DNA from: a virus | Taxonomy: Duplodnaviria; Caudoviricetes | Length of the DNA: 58,083 nt | Virus record (IMG/VR): IMGVR_UViG_3300046355_000105 | Location: 1 to 58,083 of that record | Reading direction: 5' to 3' (one strand) | Shown here: in pieces, positions 18,245 through 28,400 of the stretch | How the letters are laid out: each line of letters starts with the position of its first letter | Position numbering within the stretch: the stretch's first letter is position 1 | Position numbers and translations under genes: made by a program | The notes under the pieces: generated by a model | Seen by the model: the letters and a program-made list of their open reading frames with translations, nothing else | Told to the model about the DNA's origin: nothing | Databases searched by the model: none

Positions 18245-19864
18245 ATGGCAGTCATTCAACTAAAGTCCTTCGGTGGTATCTCGCCGAAGGTTTCCCCCCG
18301 TCTCTTGGCTGATAATCAGGCGCAGGTGGCGTTGAATTGCGCTGTCTTCTCGGGCACCATCATTCCTCTACCCGGGCTTGGCACGTCTGCTGCCACGCTG
18401 ACCAAAACCGGCACACCCAAGACGATCTATCGGTTCGGCCAAGACATCATCTCAGACGCGAATTACTGGTTCCACTGGACGACCGACGTTGACGTGGCCC
18501 GTAGCCAGATTGCTGGTGACACCTCTGAGTGGACGTTCTACACCGATGGCGTGCTACCCAAGGCCACCTACAACACGCTGGCGCTATCTGGCTCAGATTA
18601 CCCCACGGTGTCACGCCCGCTGGGCTTGCCAGCACCCACTTCTGCTTGCTCGGTGTCCGCCGGTACTGCGCCTGTAGGCTCAACCGCCACGCCTGAGACT
18701 CGCAACTACACCTACACCATGGTGTCTAAAGAATCTGGGTTCGAGTTCGAGTCGGCACCTGCTGCCGCGTCGCTGGATGTCGATGTTGTGCCTGAGCAGC
18801 CTGTGACGGTCGGCTCGTTTGCGTCTGTCCCGTCTGGGTACAACGTCACACACCGCCGCATCTACCGCGCCACCGCAGGCACCTACCTGTTTGTGGCCGA
18901 GATTACTTCTGCGACCTCCAGCTACGTTGACACCAAACTCGCAGAAGACCTAGGCGAAGAACTCCCTAGCCTGACGTGGCTGCAGCCCCCTGCTGAACTC
19001 AAGGGGCTAATCAACTTGCCCGGTGGCATCATGGCTGGCTTTAAGGGTCGTGACGTTTATTTCTGTGACCCGTATCACCCACACGCATGGCCCGCGCAGT
19101 ATCAGCAGTCGCTGGACTACCCTGTCGTTGGCCTTGGCCGCATGGACACAACACTGGCAGTGCTGACTACAGGAAGCCCATACATAATCCAAGGTAGCCA
19201 CCCAGACTCGATGACTGTGGTGAAGTCTGACCTTGAGCAGTCGTGTGTGGCCAAGCGCAGCATCGTCAGCTTCAACGGTGCAGTCATCTACGCCAGCCCA
19301 GACGGCCTCGTGATGTTGTCACCTAGTGGCTCCAAAGTAATCACCGAGCAGTATTTCATCCGCGCACAGTGGCAGGCGCTGTTCAAGCCCGACTCGATTC
19401 ATGCGTATCAGCATGACCTCAAGTACATCGGCTTCTACGACAACGGCGTAACCCAAGGTGGCTTCATCTACGACACAACTTCTGGTGTGTTCACGTTGCA
19501 CGACATCTACGCGACCGCTGGGTACAACGACTTGCAAAACGACAAGCTGTTCGTCACCTCTGCAGACAAGACTGTGAAGCCTTGGCTCGAAGGCACAGCT
19601 AAATCGTTCACGTGGAAGTCGAAGAAATTCACGTTCCCTAAACCACTGAGCATGGCGTGCGCACAGCTGGAGGCCGAGGCGTACCCAGTGACGGTCAAGT
19701 TCTACGTTGACGGCACCCTCGCGTACACGCACACCGCTGCTGACCGCTCACCCTTCCGCCTCGCCGCCGTGACTGGCCGTGACTGGGAAGTGCAGGTCGA
19801 AGGTAACACTGAGGTGTTTGGTTTCGCCATGGCGCAGAACATGATGGAGTTGAGCGATGTCTAA
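18245..19864 (+). CDS. tail nozzle / tubular protein B (stabilisation protein-like)
   Basis: FGGISPKVSPRLL N-terminus, beta-propeller-like body, WKSKKF near the C-terminus. Confidence 0.7.
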   Translation: MAVIQLKSFGGISPKVSPRLLADNQAQVALNCAVFSGTIIPLPGLGTSAATLTKTGTPKTIYRFGQDIISDANYWFHWTTDVDVARSQIAGDTSEWTFYTDGVLPKATYNTLALSGSDYPTVSRPLGLPAPTSACSVSAGTAPVGSTATPETRNYTYTMVSKESGFEFESAPAAASLDVDVVPEQPVTVGSFASVPSGYNVTHRRIYRATAGTYLFVAEITSATSSYVDTKLAEDLGEELPSLTWLQPPAELKGLINLPGGIMAGFKGRDVYFCDPYHPHAWPAQYQQSLDYPVVGLGRMDTTLAVLTTGSPYIIQGSHPDSMTVVKSDLEQSCVAKRSIVSFNGAVIYASPDGLVMLSPSGSKVITEQYFIRAQWQALFKPDSIHAYQHDLKYIGFYDNGVTQGGFIYDTTSGVFTLHDIYATAGYNDLQNDKLFVTSADKTVKPWLEGTAKSFTWKSKKFTFPKPLSMACAQLEAEAYPVTVKFYVDGTLAYTHTAADRSPFRLAAVTGRDWEVQVEGNTEVFGFAMAQNMMELSDV

Positions 19865-20963
19865 GCGGCTACCCTCGATTACGTCTGACATTCCACGTGA
19901 CTTGCGCACGTTCATCGACCGTCTGCGGGAGATGGTGTCTAGCAACGGCAATGACCGATTGTTGAGTGTCAAAGAGCTAAAAGACGCGAACGTAATCGGA
20001 GTTGACGGCAACGGTAATGTGGTGTCAGTCGCTGCCGAAACGGTGGTGTTTAGCACGCCCCCGCCACCTACAGGTGTCGCTGCTTCACCGGCCATTCGCA
20101 ATGTGATAGTAACGTGGGACTTACCTGAGTACCCAAACCACGCCTACGCTGAAGTGTGGGGCGCGAGCACGAACGACATCGGTGCAGCTGTGTTGCTTGG
20201 CCAAACACCCGGCGCTGTTTACACTGACGCGTTGGGCCCATCGGCTACACGGTACTACTGGGTGCGGTTCGTGAACACGCAGTTCACAACGGGCGCGTAC
20301 AACTCTACGTTTGGTACTTCGGCAACGACTGGCCCAGACCTCGCGTACACGATGGATTTGTTGGCTGCTGCTTATGGCGACACGAGCGAAGCTCCGTTCT
20401 TTCAGCTCAACAGCCCCCTTGTAATCGGTGGCGTCACCATCCCTGCTGGCACCTACATGAAGGCGGGCTTCATCTACGACGGTGTCATCACCAACGCCAA
20501 GATCGCCAACGCTGCCATTGACAACGCCAAGATCGCGAGTCTGAGTGCAGACAAGTTGACTGCTGGCACCATAGCGGCCGACCGACTGACTTCCACAGTC
20601 ATCAATGCCAAGGTGACAAACATCGACACCGCTGTGATTCAGAGCGGTTTCATCAACGCTGCCCGCATCAACTCGGCCTCTATTGCCAACGCAGAAATAG
20701 CAGCTGCGAAGATTACGACAGGAACGATTGATAGCGCTCGTATTGGCGACTTAGACGCTTCCAAGATTACGACGGGCACTATGAGTGCAGACCGCATCGA
20801 CGCAGCTACTTTGTCAGCAATCACCGCTGACCTAGGGACAATCACCGCTGGCACGATGACATTTTCGGTTGATGCAAACAACTACCTAAAGATCGACGGC
20901 CCTAACCAGCGCATCGACGTGTATAGCGGCGGTGTCTTACGTGTCCGACTAGGAAAACTGTAA
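19857..20963 (+). CDS. tail spike/fibre-like protein (Fn3 + ITNAKI repeats, DUF1983-like end)
   Basis: Fn3-like YYWVRFVN, IxxAKI pentapeptide repeats, LRVRLGKL C-terminus. Confidence 0.65.
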   Translation: MSKRLPSITSDIPRDLRTFIDRLREMVSSNGNDRLLSVKELKDANVIGVDGNGNVVSVAAETVVFSTPPPPTGVAASPAIRNVIVTWDLPEYPNHAYAEVWGASTNDIGAAVLLGQTPGAVYTDALGPSATRYYWVRFVNTQFTTGAYNSTFGTSATTGPDLAYTMDLLAAAYGDTSEAPFFQLNSPLVIGGVTIPAGTYMKAGFIYDGVITNAKIANAAIDNAKIASLSADKLTAGTIAADRLTSTVINAKVTNIDTAVIQSGFINAARINSASIANAEIAAAKITTGTIDSARIGDLDASKITTGTMSADRIDAATLSAITADLGTITAGTMTFSVDANNYLKIDGPNQRIDVYSGGVLRVRLGKL

Positions 20964-21262
20964 TGGCTTTAGGTCTACAGATTTACAACGCTAGCAATGA
21001 GAGAATCCTCTCAATTACGGACTCACTAACCAAGTTCGTCGGTGTTATATCGTTCGGGGAAAATTCCAACAACGGCTCTCAGGTGTTTGCTGCCCTTGCA
21101 GGTGGGCGGCCGTTTGCTACCGTGTTCAGAACTTCGACAAGCGCTGCTACTTGGATTACCCCGCTCGTAACTTTTTCGGGCACGACCGTTTCTTGGACTT
21201 TTCCTACATACTTCAATGCTTCTAACCGAGCGGCTTGTCAAATTGTTGTGGGGACTTACTAA
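20963..21262 (+). CDS. small tail-associated protein
   Basis: MALGLQIYNASN start typical of accessory proteins following DUF1983-like tails. Confidence 0.55.
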   Translation: MALGLQIYNASNERILSITDSLTKFVGVISFGENSNNGSQVFAALAGGRPFATVFRTSTSAATWITPLVTFSGTTVSWTFPTYFNASNRAACQIVVGTY

Positions 21263-21961
21263 ATGGCTTTTGGATTTGAAGTAAAGAACGCTACTGGCGA
21301 TGTCATCGTTAATGAGTCATACCAGAACTTGTCCCTGCAGCTAAAACAGGACTTCAACGTCGCTGCTGGCGGGACGTTTTCAGTGTCTAAGTCTGGCTGC
21401 GTGTCTCCTATGATGTGCGTCAACTCGACGAACTATGTTGGTTTTTATGGTGCGTCCGTGTCTGGGTCTTCCTACACATGGAACTTAAAAGCTACTAATG
21501 CTGCTTCTGGTTCGGTTTACATCTTTGACAAGCCCCACCCAACGCACACTTCCACCTTTGGGATGAAGCTGATGTCGGTTGACGGGACTACTGAGATTTT
21601 TAACTCCGACAACAAATACTTGCGAGTCGCTGGTATTCTCGACGTACCATGGACAGGCTCTTCTGATTTGGGCAATACGGGCACATATAACGTCTCTGGC
21701 GCTGACGCGTCTAACACAAGTTTGGATTCAGCCAAGTACGCAGTCTGCATGTCAATGCCGAGATGCAAAACGACCCGTGTGAACAATAACGAGTTCGACC
21801 GCGTGTTTGACGGCGTAAAGACTACTGCTACAGGTGTGTATGTTTCTCAAGCCATAGCTATTAGGTTCTTGGCTGGCGGCGGTGGGGCACACCCCGGTAT
21901 TTTCGCTGGCTCGGGTAGTGGCACAGTTCCTGCGCTGATCGTAAACGTCGAGGGTTTCTGA
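21263..21961 (+). CDS. tail-associated protein
   Basis: FGFEVKN / FGMKL..IFNSD duplicated motif. Confidence 0.55.
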   Translation: MAFGFEVKNATGDVIVNESYQNLSLQLKQDFNVAAGGTFSVSKSGCVSPMMCVNSTNYVGFYGASVSGSSYTWNLKATNAASGSVYIFDKPHPTHTSTFGMKLMSVDGTTEIFNSDNKYLRVAGILDVPWTGSSDLGNTGTYNVSGADASNTSLDSAKYAVCMSMPRCKTTRVNNNEFDRVFDGVKTTATGVYVSQAIAIRFLAGGGGAHPGIFAGSGSGTVPALIVNVEGF

Positions 21962-21975
21962 CCCATAATCACCAC

Positions 21976-22392
21976 ATGGACACACTCGTACTTGACCAAA
22001 AAGAAGCTATCGGCGCGTGGGTCGCCGATCAAGTAGGCCAGACCTGTGATTGGGGCAGCTTCTACGCCCTTGGCATCATGCGCGACGGAGAGATCATTGC
22101 CGGTGTGGTGTTCAACAACTACAACAGGGCCAACGCCACAGCCCACATTGCCATAGCCCGCCAGACTCGGATGGTTCACAAGATGATTGAGGCGTCGTTT
22201 GACTACGCGTTTAACTTCTGCAAACTCAAAAGATTAACTGGCATGGTTCCATCAAATGAGCCTAAAATACTGGCATTTGACAAACATATCGGCTTTGAAG
22301 AAGAGTTCGTTATGAAAGACGGCGCACCCGGCGCTGACATGCACGTTTTGGTTATGTGGCCCGACAAGTGTCGATGGCTACGCAAGGAGTAA
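21976..22392 (+). CDS. GNAT-fold N-acyltransferase-like protein
   Basis: FDYAFNFCKLKRLTGMV..N...LAFDKHIGFEEE RimJ/RimL-type motif; position equivalent to P22 gp14 / T7 gp13, before the ejection genes. Confidence 0.8.
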   Translation: MDTLVLDQKEAIGAWVADQVGQTCDWGSFYALGIMRDGEIIAGVVFNNYNRANATAHIAIARQTRMVHKMIEASFDYAFNFCKLKRLTGMVPSNEPKILAFDKHIGFEEEFVMKDGAPGADMHVLVMWPDKCRWLRKE

Positions 22393-22395
22393 TTC

Positions 22396-23184
22396 ATGGG
22401 CGGAAAATCAGCACCAGCACCAGACTATAGCCAGATGGCCGCTGCCAACCAATATGCTGCTCAGGTGTCTGAGCGCCTAGGCAATCGACAAATGGATATG
22501 GCGCAGCAGCAGTACAACGAGATGAAGCCCCTAGCGGAGCGTATCGCTGCCCAACAGATGGCTGCGCAAGAGCAGCAGATGGCGCAAGCGCAAGACTACT
22601 ACGACTACCAGAAGGGCACGTTCCGCCCTGTGGAGCAAGGTCTAGTGCGTGACGCTGAAAATTTCAGCACCGCTGGGTATCGTGAACAACTTGCCCGTGA
22701 CGCTGCTGCTGCCTCTGCGCAAGCGTTTGGCCAAACACAAGCCATGGCTTCCCGCGCAGCCGCCGCACGCGGCATCAACATGAACTCTGGTGCTGGCCTC
22801 GCCATGCAGAATCAGAACATGCTCGGCTTGTCCGCACAACGCGCTCAAGCAATGACAGGCGCACGCACTCAGGCTGAACAAACTGGCTGGGCCCGCCGCA
22901 TGGACGTTACCGGCCTCGGCCGCAACCTTGCTGGCGCTTCTACTGCTGCTTACCAAGGTGCTACTGGCGCTGGCACATCTGGCTTGAACACATCTATGGC
23001 ACCGGGCAACGCTCTCGCGCAGCAGTATGGCCAAGGTGTTGGAACCATGATGACTGGTGCTCAACTCGGCGTACAGGGTGCTGGTACTGCGCTCAACGCG
23101 CAAGTCAGCCAGTCCAACGCTGCTATGAACGCACAGGGCCAGATGTACGGCGCAGTTCTCGGCGCAGGCGCTGTCGCTGTATGA
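22396..23184 (+). CDS. ejection/pilot protein
   Basis: MGGKSAPAPDY start; A/Q/G-rich helical body; Gly-rich hydrophobic C-terminus. Confidence 0.65.
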   Translation: MGGKSAPAPDYSQMAAANQYAAQVSERLGNRQMDMAQQQYNEMKPLAERIAAQQMAAQEQQMAQAQDYYDYQKGTFRPVEQGLVRDAENFSTAGYREQLARDAAAASAQAFGQTQAMASRAAAARGINMNSGAGLAMQNQNMLGLSAQRAQAMTGARTQAEQTGWARRMDVTGLGRNLAGASTAAYQGATGAGTSGLNTSMAPGNALAQQYGQGVGTMMTGAQLGVQGAGTALNAQVSQSNAAMNAQGQMYGAVLGAGAVAV

Positions 23185-23900
23185 CGCAGCTAGACGACTT
23201 CAAAAAAGTCGCTCTTCAGTTCTCCGGCGGTAAAGATTCACTCGCGTGCCTTTACCTGCTGCGTGACCGCCTGCCTGAGATTACCGTCTACTGGCTCAAC
23301 ACTGGTGACGGATGCCCTGAGACCGTAGCCCTCGTGCAGCAGGTGCGCACTATGGTGCCCAACTTTGTTGAGATTACGACCGACGTGAAAGCGTGGCGCG
23401 AAAAGCACGGCCACCCGTCAGACCTAGTCCCAGCAAACTCGCACTACATCGGCAGCTACTACGGCCTCGATGGCCCAAGGCTGACCAATCGCTTTGACTG
23501 TTGCGCTGAGAACCTCATGCGCCCACTGCACGAGAAGATGATTGCTGACGGTGTGGACTGCGTGATTCGCGGCACGAAGAAATGTGACACAGGCACTGTG
23601 CCCGCCGAAGGCGACACTGGGCCATACCATGTGATTCTGCCCATCAAGGACTGGTCACACCAAGACGTATTTGATTTCCTCGCATCCGTAGACGCGCCAT
23701 ATAACCCGCTGTATGATTTCTACAAAGGCATCAGCGCTCCCGAGTGTTTTGGGTGTACCGCGTGGTGGGAAGACGGCAAGAGCGCGTATTTCAAGGCGTT
23801 GCACCCCGAGAAGCTGGGTGAATACCGTGCGAGTTTGGAAGAAATTAAGGCCGCGCTGCAGACGCATCTCGCGGACTTGGAATATGAATTAAGGAGCTGA
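23181..23900 (+). CDS. PAPS/APS-reductase-family PP-loop protein
   Basis: LQFSGGKDS PP-loop, LNTGD, FDCC, PIKDWS..DV, and C-terminal CFGC. Confidence 0.85.
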   Translation: MTQLDDFKKVALQFSGGKDSLACLYLLRDRLPEITVYWLNTGDGCPETVALVQQVRTMVPNFVEITTDVKAWREKHGHPSDLVPANSHYIGSYYGLDGPRLTNRFDCCAENLMRPLHEKMIADGVDCVIRGTKKCDTGTVPAEGDTGPYHVILPIKDWSHQDVFDFLASVDAPYNPLYDFYKGISAPECFGCTAWWEDGKSAYFKALHPEKLGEYRASLEEIKAALQTHLADLEYELRS

Positions 23901-23902
23901 TT

Positions 23903-25426
23903 ATGGGCTGGGCAGAAGGTTTAAACGCAGGTATCAACCTCGGCAATGTCATCAAGCAAGGCATGCTGCAGCAGGACTTGGCTGACGAAGCCAAAAAGTA
24001 TCGTGTGACTGAAGGTGCCTATGGCCCTGAGTTGCAACAGAACATCGAGCAGGTGCGTGCTTTGCAGGCTCAAAACCCTGAGCAAGCCGCGCAGTACGAG
24101 CCAGCAATCGCTGAACTCACACGCCGCCAAGGCTTGACTGCCCCTGACTACTCTTCAAGCAGCGGTGCTCAGAACTTTGGCACCATGCAAGAAGCCCAAC
24201 GCGCAGTAAACACGCAGCGCACAGCTGGCCTAGCCGATGTGTATCGTGGCTATGGCATGGAAGACAAGGCTAGCGAACTGCAATCGCGTGCTATGCAACA
24301 AGAGCTCACTGGTCTGCAGCTGCGCAAAGCTAACCGTGAAGACGACGCTGAGACCCGCTACGCTGGCTTCGGCGAGTTCGCCGCACAGAACCCAGACATG
24401 ACAGCTGCGCAGCTCAAAGAGGCAGCGCAAAAGCAGTTCAAGTTCACGCCTGAGCAGTGGGAAAAGGCTGTTACCACACGCCTTAATATTGACAAGGCCG
24501 ACCTCGACATGTTCAAGACTGGCATTGCTAAGAAGATGCAGGGCAAGAACTTGGCGCAGCTCGGCTCGCTCTACAACACAGACCCAGACTTTGACGACAA
24601 AACCGACTTGGCCATCGTGCCCGGCAAGGGCGGCGCAGTCACGCTCAACTTCGTTGACAAAGCCTCTAAACGCGTTACTGGCTCTCAGACCTTCAACAAC
24701 GAAGCCCTAGCTGTGGAGTATTTGCACACGCAAGCTAAACAACCTGAAGTCATGGGCACTTGGTTGCTCGGCATGCAGACCAAAGAACAGCAAATCGCTG
24801 CCTCGAAAGCCTCCGTCGGCGCAAGCGGCGCTGCGGCTGCTTTGTCCAATGAGCGCCTCGCAGGGCTTAAAGGCGAACGCGAGAACCGTAGTAAGGCTGG
24901 CGACATCGCTGCTGAATACGAAGGCTTGAGTGACATTGAGAAAGCTGGCCCCAAAGGGCTTGGCTTGGTTCGTCAGTTCAACATGGCAAACGCCAAAGCT
25001 GGTGGTCAAATCGCCCTCGGCGCTCAACCACGTGCTGGCCAGACCATGACTGACGTTGAGAAAGAAAACCTCCGCGCGTACCGTGACTGGGAGAAAGACG
25101 ACCGCAATGCACGTCTGCCACAGGCTGAGAAGGACAAGAAGGCCACCAGCATGGGTGTGTATAACTTCGTGAACCCATCGGCGAACGCGGTGCAGTCTGG
25201 TCTAGGTAGTAACCCGTACGCCAACACAGGTGGCAAAGCAGACCAAGGTAGCGGTAAGCAGCAAGGCATCCAAACGGCTGCACCTAAGCTAACTTCTATG
25301 AATACTCGCCTGTTGGGACGCGCTGGAAACATGGGCTATAACGTAGAATTGCCTGATGGCACAACTCGCGTTATGGAAAAGGACGAGCTTGAGGATTTAG
25401 GCTACCGATTCCCCGCCCCACGCTAA
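23903..25426 (+). CDS. internal virion / ejection protein
   Basis: A/Q/K-rich 507 aa between the pilot protein and the giant protein. Confidence 0.6.
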   Translation: MGWAEGLNAGINLGNVIKQGMLQQDLADEAKKYRVTEGAYGPELQQNIEQVRALQAQNPEQAAQYEPAIAELTRRQGLTAPDYSSSSGAQNFGTMQEAQRAVNTQRTAGLADVYRGYGMEDKASELQSRAMQQELTGLQLRKANREDDAETRYAGFGEFAAQNPDMTAAQLKEAAQKQFKFTPEQWEKAVTTRLNIDKADLDMFKTGIAKKMQGKNLAQLGSLYNTDPDFDDKTDLAIVPGKGGAVTLNFVDKASKRVTGSQTFNNEALAVEYLHTQAKQPEVMGTWLLGMQTKEQQIAASKASVGASGAAAALSNERLAGLKGERENRSKAGDIAAEYEGLSDIEKAGPKGLGLVRQFNMANAKAGGQIALGAQPRAGQTMTDVEKENLRAYRDWEKDDRNARLPQAEKDKKATSMGVYNFVNPSANAVQSGLGSNPYANTGGKADQGSGKQQGIQTAAPKLTSMNTRLLGRAGNMGYNVELPDGTTRVMEKDELEDLGYRFPAPR

Positions 25427-25438
25427 TACGGAGCAGCA

Positions 25439-28400
25439 ATGGCTATTTTCTCTTTGAACGAACTCCGCGCGGCAGCGCCCGCTGAGTTACAGGGCTTGTC
25501 CGACGACGCCCTTTTGCGTGACTACAGCCAGCGAGTCGGCAAGAGTTTTGAAGAGACAGCTGATTACTTCGGTTTCAAGCCACGCGGCACACTGGCCGAG
25601 ATGGGCCGCCAAGCAGTTGGTGGTGCTGTTGTTGACCTGCCCAAGATGGTTGGCCAAGGTCTGCAGTACACAGGCGCGGCTCCCGAGCTAGGTAAAGAGA
25701 TGGTTCAGGGCGCTGAACAGCGCTCAGTGGATTACGTGCCTGACATGCGTGGCCGTGGCCTCGTTGGCCAAGCTGGTGTTCTCGGTGCCCGTGGCCTTGC
25801 CCCTGTGGTAGCTACTGGCGCTGCTGCGCTCATCCCCGGTGTTGGTGAAGTGGCTGCACCGCTCGCCGCTGCTACGCTGTTCGGCACATCGTCTGCCCAA
25901 GAAACTTATGAGAAGCTGAAAGAGCAAGGCGCGTCTGAGCAAGATGCCATTGCCGCCGCTCGCCGTGTTGGCTTAATCCAAGGCCCACTAGAAGGTGCTG
26001 CTACTGCAGTTGGCCTTCGCGCAGCTAAGGGTCTCGCTCCGCTGGTTGGCCTAGGCGCTAAGACAACCGCTGGCGTTGCTGGCGAGTTGACTGAAACAGC
26101 AGTTACTAAGCCGTTCCTCAAGGGCATGGCTGTGAACGCGGCTGTCCAGCCCGGCACCGAGGTTGCTCAAGATTTAGGCACCTACGCTGTCGAGCAAGCC
26201 TACGGCGCAAAAGCTGAAGACCCATACGAAATCGCCAAGCAGTCCGCTTTGGGTGGTGCTGGCCTGACTATGCTTCTAGGCCCACTCTCACTGGGTGGCC
26301 ACATCTCACGTGCTCGCAAGGCTGAAGTCCTGCAAGCTGCGTTGAGCGAAGACGCTCCCGCTGACGTGCGTGCCCAAGCTACTAAAGCTGTAATGGCCGA
26401 AGCCCGTCGCCAAGGTGTTCCTGAGTCCGACGTGGGCACATGGTTCAACCAGCAGCTGGCGGTGGAAAAAGAATTCAACGACCGCGTCAAACAAGACGCG
26501 CTCAACCGCACTGTTGACCTCATGGGCAGCCAAGCCCAAGAGCTGCCATTCATGCAGCAGCAGACTTTCTCGTCGCTTGACCAGCAGCGCAACTTTGAGC
26601 AGGGCGTGGCGGATGTAAACCTGCAAACCCCTTTCTCGTCAGTTGACCAGCAACGTGGTATCGAGCAAGACCTCATGGGCATCCGTGACCGCAAAGTCGC
26701 AGAAGTCGGCCAGCAGTATCAAGATTTGGTTGGCCAAAAAGCGTCTGGCCTAATGGCTGCGCAGGACGTTGGCCAAGAGTGGCAACAGCTCCAGTCGAAG
26801 AAAGAAAGCGGCCTAGCCGCTGCTACGCAAGCTGGCGACCAATGGCAAGAGCAACGCGTTGCCCGTATCAAGCAGCAATTCGGCATCGACGACATTGGCC
26901 AAGAGTGGCAAAAACTTGCCGCTGAGTTACCTAAGCCAGTCAGTGCTGGTCTCACCAAGGGTCAACGAACAGCTTTGCTGGGCCCCAATGGTAAGCGTCT
27001 CAAGCAGACATCATCGCCATTCCAAGTCACAGAGCAGCAAGCGCCATCTTCGTCGCTGCTGCCACAAGCACCTGCCTACTCGTCGTCAATCCTCCCGCAA
27101 GAGGCTGCACCGTCGAGCTTGCTGGTAGCACCAACGACCACGCAACAAGTACAAGGAGCCCAAGGTGGCACTCAAACCGCTAAAGCCGTCCAAGCAAAAG
27201 CGCAAGGACAAGAACTCACCCCAGCAGAATCCGCTCAACTGAGCAAGTTGCTCGCTGACGCAGAAGGCGAAACCATTGGTGACGTGCTGCCCGCATCGGT
27301 GAAGTCCGGTGCCAAGGCTGTGCCCGGCCGCACACGCATCGACCAGTCTGGCCTCAAGCGAATCCGTGATGCACTGGTGCTTGGCAAAGAAGTCGCTGAC
27401 GAGAAGACTGGCCAAATCGTTGACTCTCTGCGCAACTTCGCCAACGCATACAAGGTCTACTCTGACCAAGGTGGCCAAGCCCTGTCGCGCCGCAACAAGA
27501 TCGCCAAGGGCAGCAACGCTGCGCAGTTCGCAGACGAGCAGTCGTCCGCCATCGAGATGCAGGCAGCCAACGTGCAAAACGCACTGGCCGAGCTGGGCAC
27601 CGCCGTCGGCGGCAACGCCAAGGACATCGAAGCCGTTGTGCGCCTCGTCAAAGACATGGTGCAGGGCAAGCTGGCCGCCCCCGGCAGCAACAAGAAAGAA
27701 GTCCGCGACGAGTTGAAAAAGCTCGACACCATGCTGTCACAGGCATGGGACGCTGCCAAGCGTGAAGTATTCATGGGCAAAGAGACAGACACTGCCGACA
27801 TTCGCACTAAAGCTATCCGTGGCTCCATTGAGGTCAAGGGCAAAGGCAAGATGCCTACGCTCGTAAAAATTGCCAAAGAGGGCATCTACGCAGGTAAAGA
27901 CCTCGGCATGCTTTACGAACTACCAGCAATCCTGCACTACATGCGCACCAACGGCACCCCCATGGAGCGTGCATTGGCATTGGCTCTGCGGGAGTCAATC
28001 GTTGGCAGCGAAAGCGACATCAAGCTGGAGTTCTCGAAAGACGGCAAACCCCGTTTCGACCCAGCCACCAACACGGTGTACCTGAGCGAAGAGGAATCGC
28101 CAGAAGTCATCTTGCACGAGGCGTTCCACGCCGCGCTGCAATCGTTCGTCTACAAGAACCCCAACCACCCTGCCGTTGTGCAGCTCAAGAAGTCACTCAA
28201 GTCAGTGGTTACTTACAAGGGCGAGCTAACTGGTAAAGCGTTGGAAGTTCAGAACCTGCTCAAAGACCTGATGGCCAAGGGCAACGAACTGGACGCTGTG
28301 CTCGAACTGGTCTCCTACGGCAACACGCTTGCTGAGTTCCGCAAGGCACTCCAAGGCATGAAGTCGGACAAGAACATCCCCAAGACTTTCTTGGAGTCCA

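Noticed and set aside
23181-23900. Complete Dnd phosphorothioation or sulfate-assimilation pathway
   Set aside because: No DndA/B/D/E, Ssp or cys partner genes in the window.
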